Origin: Catajapyx aquilonaris
Lineage: Eukaryota
DNA length: 64,000 nt
Reading direction: 5' to 3'
Assembly: GCA_000934665.2 (NCBI GenBank)
Contig: JYFJ02001648.1
Coordinates: 1 to 64,000 of the forward strand
The translations under genes and the position numbers were made by a program. The notes beneath the pieces are model-generated. The model did not search any database, had not been told where the DNA came from, and was given only the letters and a program-made list of their open reading frames with translations. This document shows positions 25,080 through 37,699 of this stretch, in pieces; within the stretch, counting starts at the first letter, position 1, and the number at the start of each line of letters is the position of its first letter.

Positions 25080-25560
25080 TGTGAATATTATAGTATGATT
25101 ATGTTGTGATATAAGAATAAGAATATAAGCCCTATATATTATACTCTAATGACAAGTTTTGTATTAGTTCTTGATTGCATATCCTGGTTCGTACCAATTG
25201 ACGCTACAGGTAATTGCATTTTCTAAAGGTCACCTTTATGGCGTTCAGTGCAAAATAATACAGTCTCTAACGAGGCAAAATTTAAGACGATTCTGAAAAC
25301 TCCTGCGAAATGACATTCATGAATGAGTAGTCTAAACAAAAATTTTCGCCACATTTTCATAATCAAAGTACGTCGGAGCGTGTCAGTCAGAAGCAAGGTC
25401 ACTGCTGATTTGTTCCCGAACATGACTTTTTAAATGACATTTTTGTCTCTTAGAACGGATAATCTTCTCGTATACATTTTGCACGTCGTCATAGCATCCT
25501 TGATGCTTATCAATGGCGCTAAAAAGGTGAGTTAATAATATTTATAATCGGATTTATTGT
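25080..25560 (+). pseudogene. Internally deleted relic of an H-like gene
   Basis: 25080-25380 resembles the intron upstream of H (~22880-23200), joined to the 3' half of an exon 3 with a frameshift (…GCATCCTTGATGCTTATCAATGGCGCTAAAAAG|gtgagt, ~25470-25526). Confidence 0.55.
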
Positions 25561-26468
25561 TGAACACTCTGACCGCCAGCATGCAGTATGCGCAATACTG
25601 TAAAAATTTTGGTTGTTACTCTGCCCATGTTTATGATCTGAAGAGGGGAATACAGGAAATACTTCATTTTTTTTCGAATGGTCAGTCCAGTCCACACTCG
25701 GCTATAGTATATTTATCATTTTTTTCTGTGTTACATGTGGTGCTCATGATGAGACGTATTTATTCCCGCAAAAGGACAACATGCTGTACTATGTTTGAGG
25801 GTCCACACGAACAAAATGTGAGTATATGTTGTGGTTTCTGCAATATTTACAGTATTATAGCTATAGGTAACGCACAGCAAGAAACGCAGGCGCAGTTGGG
25901 TCGAACACGAGGCGGGGATTCGACACGAGGGTGAGGGCAGACGATTCAGAGAATCGAGGGCTACGGAAGCGAAATGACGAGGTGAAACATACATAAGGAT
26001 TCTTCTTCACAGCTTCAGAATCTGTCAACCCTGACATTTGAATCACAACAAGACAAAAATTTAGGGGTGAGTTTTTCTGCCAACACAACCATTGAACACA
26101 GTCCATTGAAAGATATAACATTGTCGACTTAAAACTGAATATTTTGTGTGATATTGATATTATTACGCAATGCTGACCTTAAATACCAAACAATAGGTGG
26201 TGTGGCCTTTTATATTATCTATTGAGTAGTTTCGTGTTAGTTCTTTCAGGCATATGACGAGTGCATGCCAAGTTACGCTATTGGTAATCAATGGCGATTG
26301 CTAAACGTCACCTTGCTGATGAGTCGTCAGTCGTGTTTAATTTGGTATTGGATGATATCAGAGACCCCGTTACGTCGTCCAATACAAAATTATCCACACA
26401 CTAACTAGGCAAAATTCTGGAATATGCTTTAGATATCATTTCAGGTCCAGCTAAAACACACCAGCAAG

Positions 26469-27361
26469 ATGCCGATTCTAAACACTTGTTGCTGCTGCAT
26501 TTCTACTCGCACAGGCACGTTTATTATTGGAATATTGGATTTGGTAAGATAAAAATATTCTGCACTATGAAAATATTGCCGTATTTAATGCAATATCATT
26601 GTTACCTTACAGATTGGTGCACTGATAGTAATTATCACTTCCATTTTGTGTCTGGTATCATGGGAGACAACTTCCGAAGAGATCAGGAAGCAGAAAGCGT
26701 CGCTTAAAGTGGACGTTGAGGACCTTATGAATTGTACGTGAATATTACATTTTAATAGACTTAACAATTACGGGAAATACAGCGTGCAGCAGAAAAGTAC
26801 TCGGAAATAACATAGGTTGTGTACATTTTAATGAATGCCACTAATAATGAACAGTATCATATAATTTATTGCAATACATGTACGGTATTTTTAGGCCAAC
26901 ACTTACTATAGTATCCCATGTCATTGTTTCCAGATGTGCGAATTGTAATTATAGTTGCGCTGGTAGTGTGCATTGTGCATGTCATCATAGCATCCTTGCT
27001 TATTCATGGAGTCAAAAAGGTAAGATATTTAAACAACTGATTTATTGTCGAGCTCTATATGCAAGTATATTCTGAGATTGATTTCGTACTGATGAACACT
27101 AATATTTTGGTTAATTCTGCTGTTCAGATGCGTCCCGGATTGATGCTGCCTTTCCTATTCATGAGTGCTCTAAGCTTGATCCTATCAATCGTCATGGATG
27201 TTGTGTTCTTGGTCAGAGGCGGCGACCTTGTCCAAGGATTGGTCAGCGTTATAGTCGGCAACCTCTTGGGAATCTACTTCTTGATTGTGGTCTTTTCGCA
27301 TTACCAGGAGCTGCGAGACAGGGACAGAATAGATGATGCTCCCTTCGAAGAAAAGTACTAA
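26469..27361 (+). CDS. 4TM paralog I
   Basis: Exons 26469-26543, 26613-26733, 26934-27019, 27128-27361; MPILNTCCCCISTRTGTFIIG...VVFSHYQELRDRDRIDDAPFEEKY. Confidence 0.9.
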
Positions 27362-27559
27362 GGTTGTCATCTCATGTTTTCTGTCAATTATTAACTGTCA
27401 GTAATTTATCATTAAAGGCAATTTATATTTAAAATCCCCTGGGGTCTTAAAAGACCCCAGGTCACCTTGAGTGTTATTATTTTCCAGGTCACTCGTTAAG
27501 TGTTAAAAGGTCTCTGCTGTAATATTAATTGCTTCTTGTACAACTGATAATACATAATT

Positions 27560-27740
27560 CATACATCGATACATGTGGTGACAATCCTTGTGTTATGCTG
27601 TCACATTTAGACGCTCCTTGCATACAACACAGCCTAATCAATCCTCGTAGGCAACATGGAAGCCATGATCATCACTGTCCTCTGGCACTATTTCAGGCTG
27701 GTCGCACTACCAGGAGCAGCAAAAGAATAATATATTGACC
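27560..27740 (+). pseudogene. Decayed exon-4 relic related to paralog G
   Basis: CCTCGTAGGCAA...CATGATCATCACTGTCCTCTGGCACTATTTC...CACTACCAGGAGCAGCAA aligns by eye with G exon 4; second copy at ~30810-30985. Confidence 0.55.
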
Positions 27741-28397
27741 ATGAGAGGACCTTTGGACAGATAAAGCCTCCCGTGTTTCCAGTGTACTCAACTTCCGGTT
27801 ATGACTGGGGAATAACTCTGTGTGGAAAATTTATTCCCATAATTTTTGTGTACACCAAACACATTTGACAAGTGAATAAATCATCAGCATCACTGCGAGA
27901 CAGATCATTATTATGGAAGAGCTGGTGTTCTCTCGGAGAGCAATATTTCTAAGATTGTATTTTTACACATGATCACGTCCACTAATTGTTACCATTGCCA
28001 ATGTTGTCCCCTTCCGGTCATGTTCTTACATGTTCAACACGGCTGAAAATGTTTTAACACGCGAATTTTTAATTATTGGGACAATCGTGCACTCTGATTG
28101 CCTTCTTACAATTATTCCCTCACGGTTTTTACCGTATTCAGTACAACCAGAAAAATGGCCTAATTGTACATGACTACTGGTACCTTAGGTAATCTGTTGC
28201 GTCTGCAAATACTGCAAGCGAGTATATATTGACTATAGGCGCTAACGATTTCCAAAAGCAACTTGTGGAATAAATGCAATTTAACTTACTTTTTGTGAAA
28301 ACATGCATGTATATAGAGCAGATACATCACCGGAATTCTAATAAACTCGTTGCATTTCACGAGGTAACATGTATGCCCGCTAAAGCACACACTCTTG

Positions 28398-28747
28398 TCT
28401 TGACTAAGGCGTGGGGACGGACATTGATCACTTTTCACCGCGAGTGTAAACTGATCTAACCTAACCTAATCTGATCTAACCTAACCTAACCTAACCTAAC
28501 CTACCCTACCCTACCTAACCTACCCTACCCTAAGTAACCTAGGCTGAGAAAAATGGACTTGTGACTTGTGAAACCCTACAAATGAAAATAGTGGGGACAT
28601 GTCCCCACTAATTTACACATGTCCCCACTGTAATGGTACACTTCGCGTGTGTGAGACTGTGGGGACCGAGAAATGTCCCCACAATTGGAACTGGTCCCCA
28701 CAGCTACAGTAAAACCACAGACTTCCGTCCCCAGACCTTAGTCAAGA
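28398..28747. mobile_element. Non-autonomous TIR element with an internal (CTAAC)n microsatellite and GTCCCCAC repeats
   Basis: TCTTGACTAAGGCGTGGGGACGGA ... TCCGTCCCCAGACCTTAGTCAAGA; no clear TSD; outer limits uncertain. Confidence 0.6.
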
Positions 28748-29445
28748 TCTGATCACAACATTGTGTTTTAGTGTCCCCACGAACTAATGTTGCTGTTTCT
28801 GTAAGTCTTACACTATACCAGCTGAGGTGGCAAGACACGCAGGCGTAATTAGGTTGAACACGAAGCTGGGATTCGACTGCAGACGATTCAAGGAAAAGAG
28901 GTGCGGCGGAGGAGGATTGAAGAGGTGAAATATCCGAAGACTCTTGTTCACTTCAAAATCTGTCAAGCTTGCAATAGTTGGATAACAAGTAAGCTTACAC
29001 GAAAATTCTGGGGTAAGTTGCTGCGAACACAACTAGTCCACTATAAGTCCACAATAAGTCCATTAAAAATATAGCATTGTCGTCTCTTAGAAGCTGAATA
29101 TTTTGTGTGACATTGATGTGTTACACGATGCTGACTCTAAATGGCGAACAATAGGTGATGTATAGCCTTTCATAATAATTTATCTATTGATGTAGTTTCG
29201 CGTTAGTTTTATCTTGCGTGTGTCAAGTTCGTGCTAAGTTCCGCTAAGGGTAATCAATGCTACTGCTAACCCTCACCTTGCTGATGAGTGGTGTTTAATA
29301 ATATTTATTCTGGATTATATCACAGACACCCTTATGTCGTACAGTACAAAATGATCCAGACACTATAACGAGGCAAATTTCAATGCGATTATGAAAACCT
29401 TTGCTTTAGATATCATTTCAGGCATAGCTAAAACACACCAGCAAG

Positions 29446-30465
29446 ATGCCACTTCTCAACACATGTTGCTTCTGCATTTCTACTCGCATAGGAACCATCA
29501 TTATTGGGGCATTGGATCTGGTAAGCTGAAAATATTCAACCATATGAAAATATTGAAATATTATATGTGAAATGTGTTCTTGCAGATTGGTGCACTGATA
29601 GGAATTATCACTTCAATTGTGTTTCTGGCAACTTGGGAGACAACTTTCCAAGAGTTTAGGAATCACCAAGGGAATCACAGAGGCGTTGAGGCACTTACGA
29701 TACGTACGTGAATATTACTGTATAATATATTAACAGGCTTATAGTAAATTACATCAAATGTAGTCTGCATAACATAGATTTAAATTAATGTCACGAAAAA
29801 TGAATCACATTATATTTGCAATACATACCCGGTATATCATCAAGCAAATTATCCCAATTACTAGTAGCCCATGTCGTTGTTTCCAGATATGCTAATTGTT
29901 CTTATAATTGTACTGGTGGTGTGCATTGTGCACGTCGTCATAACATCCCTGCTTATCCTTGGCGTTATAAAGGTGAGAGATTTCTAGGACTTATTGTTGA
30001 ACACTCTGACAGCCATACAGTATGAAATTCTGTGATTGATCTCGTATCGATGGGCACTAATATTTCGTTAATTTTGCGCAGATGCGTCCTGGACTCATGC
30101 TGCCTTTCATGTTCATGAGTGCTATAAGCTTGATCTTATCCGTGGGCATCAACAGTGACTTCACAGTCAGAGGCGGAGAACTCATTCAAGGATTGTCTGG
30201 AATAATCGTCAGCATCCTCTTGGGAATCTACTGCTTGCTTGTGGTCTACTCGCACTACCAGGAGCTGCGAGACAGGGACAGAATAGCCGATGCTCCGAGA
30301 GCTGCTCAACTGAAAAGTGTACACTGGAGTACCAAATTCAAGGAGTACCCAGGAGTAATAAAGAGTGAGGTACCTGAGGAGTACCAGGGAGTACCACTCG
30401 CAGGTGTACACCGGAGCACCGAAGTGGTTACCCCCTTGGCTGCTCCCGTCGAACAAAAGTACTAA
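29446..30465 (+). CDS. 4TM paralog J with an extended, internally repeated tail
   Basis: Exons 29446-29520, 29586-29703, 29887-29972, 30082-30465; tail contains EYPGV/EYQGV and VHWST/VHRST. Confidence 0.9.
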
Positions 30466-30809
30466 GGTTGTCTTCTTATAAAATATATGCTTCCTCGCCA
30501 TTAACTCTCACTAATATTGTCAATGATGATTGGATGCAAGAACAGGGCTGCAAATGAACTATTTACAGAGGTTACAATGTTGTAACAGAATCACGATTGA
30601 TTGATTTCAAGAATTGCTCTAGAAAATATCACACCTTTCCTGACTTTCGTGGCGAGTGTCACGCTATTCCACGGCATCCTGAAGGTCACCCTATTTCTTT
30701 AACAAAAACCTGAAAAGTGCATCCTTCCATGCTTAAAAATTGATGATCTTTCTTGTATGATAATTGGGCAGGTTATAATCCAAGTAATACCCTAAAGATG
30801 AATTACATT

Positions 30810-30985
30810 GCATACTATCCCTGTCTTATGCTGTCTTATTTACACACCACTTTCATACAACACATCCTAATCAATCATCGTGGGCAAAGTGGAGGCCATC
30901 ATCATCACTGCCCTCTGGCACTATTACTTCTGGCTGGTTGTCTGATAACACTAACCAAGAGCTGCAAGAGGAATAATCAACCGTG
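30810..30985 (+). pseudogene. Decayed exon-4 relic related to paralog G (second copy)
   Basis: CGTGGGCAAAGTGGAGGCCATCATCATCACT...TACTTCTGGCTGGTTGTCTGATAA; contains stops. Confidence 0.55.
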
Positions 30986-32101
30986 AGAGGACCTATGGAC
31001 AGATGAATCCTCACGTGTTTCCAATGAATTCAACTTTTGATTGTGGAATAACTCGGTATGGAAAATTTATTCCCATTTGGTGTACACCAAACATTATTTT
31101 GACAAGTGAATAAATCACCAGCAAATGAGGAGCTCCCAAGCAAAAGCAGCTAACACCATAATATATTAATAAGAAACTGTACTCAGGAGAGGAGAAAAAC
31201 CTGTCATTGGGAAACGGTTGCAAACTGAAAGTAACTGATAGGTCATGAGATGTCATTTTTGTGCATTTTGAACTATGTACGTTTTGAAAATCGTGGATTG
31301 GTAGTTTAGCCATAAATTTGGAGATCGGTTTGGAATTAGCTCGTTTTGCTTCGAATCCTCTGGAGTTAGCTGGTTTTGCTTAGGACACGCATATTTGGGG
31401 CCATTTTACATCCACGTCCACTACTATTGTTACCGTTGCCAATGTTGTCCCCTTCCGGTCATGTTCAAAGCGGCTTCTGCGATTTAAGCTGAGGTAGCAA
31501 GAAACGCAGGCGCAATTGGGTCGAACACGAGGCGGGGATTCGACACGCGAGGGTGACTGCAGACGATTCAAGGTAAAGAGACTGTGCGACGGAGGGAGGA
31601 TTGAAGTGTGGTGAAACATCCCCAGGACTCTTCTTCACTTTCTAATCTGTCAAAGCTTCCCAGTTGGATCACAAGTAGACTTACACAAAAATTCTGGGGT
31701 GAGTTGCTGCCAACACAACTTATATAAGTACACTGAAAGATATAACATTGTCGACTTAGAAGCTGAATATTTTGTGCGATATTGATACGTTACACGATGC
31801 TGACAATAAAATTAATGCCAAGCATGGTGTAGCCTTTCATATGTATATTGACTAGTTTCGCGTTAGTTTTATCTTGCATGTGACAAGTTCGTGCAAAGTT
31901 CCGTTATTATAGGAAAGCAATGCTATTGCTAAATCTCACCTTGCTGATGAGTGACGAGTCACGTTTAATTTTCTTGGTAATTACGTATGTCACAGAGACC
32001 TTTACGTCGTAGGCAGTACAAAATGAAAAATTCAAAGCGATTCTGGGAATTTCGTTCTGGTTTAGAAATCATTTCTGGTCCAGCTAAAACACACCGGCAC
32101 G

Positions 32102-33087
32102 ATGCCGATTCCTCGGCCGATTCTAAACACATGCTGCTTCTGCATTTCCACTCGCATAGGCACCATCATTATTGGGGTATTAGATCTGGTAAGCTGAAAA
32201 TATGCTGCTCTATAAAATCATTGCAATATTTAATGGGATGTGTATATTCTTACAGATTAGTGCAGTGATAGGAATTATCACTTCAATTTTGTTTCTGGCC
32301 TCACCGGAGACAACTAATGGAGAGTATAGATATAAGCAGATGAGGCTTCAAGTGGAAGCTGAGGGGCTTACGAATTGTACGTGAATATTTTATTTTAAAA
32401 TGCTTCATAAATTACATCAAATGCAGCCTGCAGCTGTGAATGACTCACAAATAGCATAATTATATTTAAATGAATTTCACTAAAAATGAAACGCATTATA
32501 TTTGCAATACATGCCCGCGGTATATTGTCAGGCAAACGGTCCAATTAATTACTAAAATCCTGTGTCATTGCTTCCAGATATGGTAATTTTTCTTATAATT
32601 GTACTTGTGGTGTGCATTTTTCGCGTCGTCACAGCATCCCTGCTCATCTATGGCGTTAAAAATGTGAGTGATTTATTAAAAACTAAGATTTATTGTTGAA
32701 CACTCTGACAGCTATATGCATAGATATACGTACAAAATTATTCTGAGCTTGAGTTTCCATACTAATGAGCACTAAAATGTTTTGGTTAATTTTACGCAGA
32801 TGCGTCCTGGACTGATGCTACCTTTCATATTCGTGCTTGCTATAAGCCTGATCAGGTCCGTGGGCATGGACACTGTCTTCATGGTCAGAGGCAAAGATCT
32901 CATCCAAGGATTGGTCGCAGTTATCGTGGGCAACCTCTTGGGCATCTACTTCTTGCTTGTGGTCTACTCGCACTACCAGGAGCTGCGAGACAGGGGCATA
33001 AGAATAGCCGATGCTCCTAGAGATGCTCCTAGAGATGCTCCGAGCGATGCTCCCGAGGATGCTCCCAGCATCGAACAAAAGTATTAA
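32102..33087 (+). CDS. 4TM paralog K with a (DAPx)5 tail
   Basis: Exons 32102-32188, 32256-32376, 32578-32663, 32800-33087; 12-nt GATGCTCCNNNN repeats in the tail. Confidence 0.9.
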
Positions 33088-33358
33088 GGTTGGCTTCTTA
33101 TGTTTTCTCGACATTAACATTCACTAACATTGTCAATGATAAGATGCAAGAACAGGGCTGAGCAGCCTTGCAGATTTTGTATTTCGTAGATCTATTTACC
33201 TCTGCACTGCTTCTGGACTTGTCTGTCTTAGGTATAAGTAGACCCTAATTAAAAACAGTGTGAGATTGCGTGATAGGCATTCTGAAAATAGCATTCGCCA
33301 TCCACAGCTTCCGCTTTTTCTCATTAACCGTGATATAAATTCAAGCTCCACTGTCTTT

Positions 33359-33385
<27 letters not shown>
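33359..33385. repeat. (GA)n microsatellite
   Basis: Direct reading. Confidence 0.9.
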
Positions 33386-33392
<7 letters not shown>

Positions 33393-35198
33393 ACCATTCA
33401 AAGTATAATAATTAAGCAATGAGAGGTAATATACAGTACAATATTCCCATCACGATGCAATGTAGAGAATGATAATATTATGCTACGTACATAGCCTATA
33501 TACTTACACAAGGAGACACGAAAATACTATTGGTGATTTTCACCATGATTGCTACAAAACGGTTTTTCTGCCTCAGAAAATAATTTTTTAAATAGCAAGA
33601 ATGGTAAATCCAATTATATATCTACCTCAAGAAATAAATATGCACCTTTTTGTGCATCCGTTTAAGTAAATCTGAAGTTCCTAAAGTTTTACTGATAGAA
33701 TAGTGATAGTTAATTTGAAGTGTCATATAAAAGTAACTATTTGCAGAGGTTACAATGTTGCAACAGAATCACGATTGATTGATTCCAGGAATCGTTCTTG
33801 CAATAGCTACACCTTGCTGACCTTCGTGGCGAGTGTCACGCCATTCCACGGTATCATAAAGGTCACCCAATTTCTTTAACAAAAAAATCAGCAACATGTT
33901 TGTACAGTACACCCGCGGTCCTCCCTTCCATGCAAAATATTGATGATCTTTCTTGAATAAGAAATGAACCGGCCATAATCCAAGTAATATCCTTGAGACG
34001 ATTCTATTACATTGTACGATTACGTACGATTTGTACGATTTGCACGCTTACGTACACATCTATGACATTCGTACCTCTGACTCTTTTCTAAGTAAGGCAT
34101 ATCTCCAAAGGCCAATTATTCGGTCACTTTAAAAAAATCCTTTGAATATCCACTCCGACTAAAGCCCATAGAAATAGAATAATCTTACCACTTTCGCCAA
34201 TATTTTTTGCAAGCATTTGCAAGTATTGACCGTAATAGCAACATAAGTTACTGTGGCTCTGTAAAAAAAAAGGTGGGTGTATAAAGTGGCTTCTGCAATT
34301 TTTTTTGCATGACAGGCTCAGGCAGCAGGCGACACCTGGCGTAGTTGGATCGAACACAAGAAAGAGGATTCAACACGAGTGCAGACGATTCAGATAATCG
34401 AGGACTGCGCGAGCGGATGACCGCTCGTGACCCAATGACTCGTGCGCCGCCCTTGTGGCCTCCGTGAGAAGCCTTATTTCGCACAAAACCAGTGACGCTT
34501 TGGGCCACACCTAACCTATATCCACCTGGCTATACATTGGGGAAGGACTGATTCACACGACGCTTCTTCACTGAGCAGATTCAGCACTCAAGCTTCAAGT
34601 AGGATCCGAAGTAGACGGAAATTTTGGGGGGGAAAGTTAGCTGCCAGCACAGTGCACAGTATGTACCCGGATAGCATTAAGAAGTAATGCCGATTCGGAT
34701 TGTACCGGATGGACATCAGTGTTAACGACAATGATCGCTCTTGTTTACATGTAGAGCGAGTGCACAGCGAACCTGTGTGACAAAATAATGTATATACTGT
34801 AGCCTTCCATACTATATAATGTGTTCATAGGCGATAGGCGCCATCAAGGTCATTTACCTTTAGTTGGTGCGTCGTAAGAATACTTCACACCTGCCTGGAG
34901 GCGTTGCGAGCACTGGTATAGTACAGGGTGATTCTCCCGAATGGAAACCCAAACATTCCTCAATAACCTTTCAACTACGGTATGCTTCCCGATGAAAATT
35001 GACATGTACTTACCTTGTATCATGCCAAACAAGGTATGACTAAATAATATACGGTACCAAAAGTGGTCCCCTTTCAGCATCCAAGAATTTTTAAATGCGA
35101 GTCTGCATTACCCGGCCTTCTCATTCGCGGTCTAATAAAGATAATAATGTGGTACAACAATGCTCTCATTTCAGATTCGAATAAGACACACCAGAAAG

Positions 35199-36199
35199 AT
35201 GCCTCTTGTCAATTCTTGTTGCTACTGCTGTACTACCCGCACAGGCTGCTTAATTATCGGGATATTGGACCTGGTTAGGTGCAAATACACTGATTAAAAA
35301 TATACTCCAAATATTAAAGTGATTAATTTTTTGCAGATTGGCTCACTGGTAACAATCGCCGGTACAGCGCAGTCTCTGGCGTCATGGGAGACGATGTCTA
35401 ACCAGTTGAGGAAAACGGAAGTGCCTAATGTGGACATTGAGGGATTTTTATACGGTATGTGTATATTACAATGTTTTACTGGAATTATTATACCGTGACA
35501 ATTTATGACACAGTAGCCGGGAGCTTTCAAACCTGCGCTGAATGAATGCCACTAATAATGTCATTTGTACAGGGTTTTCAGACACACACTGTACCAAATT
35601 TACTGAGATGTAGCCCTGCAGGGCCAAGCTATAGGTCAGCCCCCTTCCAACAGAGCTGAGAATGTACCAAATTTACTAATACTACTCTTGTCATTGCTTC
35701 CAGTACTCCGAGTTGATCTTATAATTATATTGGTGACGTGTTTAATGCACCTCGTGGCAGCATCTATGCTTATCCATGGAGTCAGAAAGGTGAGTATTTT
35801 CAACTCCCTTATGTATTGCTGAGACTTGTTTGAATCTGAAGGTGTCGACATAATAGGCACCCTGTAGTATAGGGTGTGGAAATGTTCAAATATTCGAATA
35901 ATTATGAGAACATTGCTCCAGCAATCATTTGAAATCGAATCCTTCGTTGTAATAATTATTATGTGGACTAACAGCTGGCTGATAAATTTCTGCAGATGAT
36001 CCCAGGATTCCTGATGCCTTTCATCCTGCTGACAATTATAAACATTATCATGCATGCGGTCATGAATGCGGCTATTTTGTACACGCTGAGAGGCGGAGCA
36101 GCCGTCCCAATAATGTCTGCAACCATCACAGGCATAGCCCTCGGAATGTACTTGACGATGGTGGTCTTCTCGCACTTCCAGGAACTGCAAGACAAATAA
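35199..36199 (+). CDS. 4TM paralog L
   Basis: Exons 35199-35273, 35337-35454, 35704-35789, 35996-36199; MPLVNSCCYCCTTRTGCLIIG...VVFSHFQELQDK. Confidence 0.9.
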
Positions 36200-36893
36200 T
36201 ATTTTGAAACAGCAAGTGTTCCCATTGAGAGCAAATTCTAAGTTTCTCTTTTTCACAATGTTCATGATCACGTCCACTAACTGTGGAAAATATACTTCCT
36301 TATATTTTTTATTATATTTTATACATTATTTTGGTGTACGTTACATTAAATGTTATTAAATAAAACAATCGTCAGCATTCCTTTCGAGCAGTTTTATCTG
36401 TACGTACGAGTATATGAATCAGCTGGTTAATTTCTGCAGATTATCCCATAGGACTCCTGTTGCCTGTTGAATGTAATCAATCGCTAAAAATAAAACTGCG
36501 TACATATATTCGCACATTCAGCGTATCATATCCGCTCTTCCTCCGGTAAATTAGATAAATTGTCGTCTGTATAATGGACACTGCGATTGACACCGGGGAG
36601 CTTCGCCAATCCAAAAAAGGTACGTGGTTTTTGATATTAATTTTGCGCAACTGGTTGGGGAAGCAAGAGGCGCACACTTATTCACTTCAGAATAGGTTAT
36701 GCTTGCCAGTCGGATCGGAAGGAGACTTTTTTTCCCGATTAGTTTGCTTCCAACGTAAGTTATCAGTCTACTGTCCTAAAATGACAAAATACAGCTCTGT
36801 GATTAGCTTAAAATTAATATTTGTTTGAGCATAACCTGCGTAAATATCTTCATATACATATGCAACAGGTCAGGCTAAAGACACTCCAGAAAG

Positions 36894-37699
36894 ATGCCAA
36901 TTCTCAACACATGTTGCCGCTGCTTTACTATCCGTACCGGTACTCTAATTATCGTGATATTGCAGTTGGTAATAAGATGCAAACCTGGTGCTTTAATATT
37001 TCAGATATTAATGCGACATATTTCCTGCAGATTGCATCCCTGTTATTAATTGGTGGGTCAGTAGTGCTTCTGGTGGCATGGGACATACTCTTCCAAAAGT
37101 ACAAGACATACCTACCGCTTCATGTGCAGATTCTTATGCAGATTGGTCCACTTATGTACTGTATGTGCCCTATTATCATCATTCATGCAATGTTTTCAGT
37201 CAAACTGTACCAAAAATTTACTAACGCTAGTCATTTGCTTCCAGTTCTCCGAATTGCTCTTATAATTATGACGATTCTGTGTATCGTAAACGTCGTGTTA
37301 ACATCCATGCTTATCCATGGTGTCAGAAAGGTGAGTTCTTTTTTGACATGACACATTTTCTTTGGCAGAAGAAACCATTTTACTTCTTGAACTGTGTACT
37401 TGGGGCAGTGCACAAACCTAGCATTATCCCAAATGATGTTTAGAGAGGATGTGCTGAGCCTCTACTTGGTCGCATTATCTCTAATTATGCACACTATTGC
37501 TTAATTGCTTCAGCTGCGTCCTCGACTGATGCTGCCTTATATGGGGATAACAGTAATAGGCATGATCCTAGCCGTGATCATGAACGTAATGATCGTCAAA
37601 GGCGGAGGAACCGCCGAAGGATTGATCGGAATGACCATGAGCACCGCCTTGGGTGTCTACTGCTTACTCGTGGTCTTCTCGCACTACCAGGAATTGTAG
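36894..37699 (+). CDS. 4TM paralog M (tail truncated right after YQEL)
   Basis: Exons 36894-36968, 37031-37160, 37245-37330, 37514-37699; the N-like tail sequence persists after the TAG. Confidence 0.85.

Noticed and set aside
35636..36277. 213-aa minus-strand ORF and similar antisense ORFs (23932-24261, 30136-30501, 32818-33120, 62242-62601)
   Set aside because: Antisense shadows of hydrophobic-codon exons of the + strand genes.
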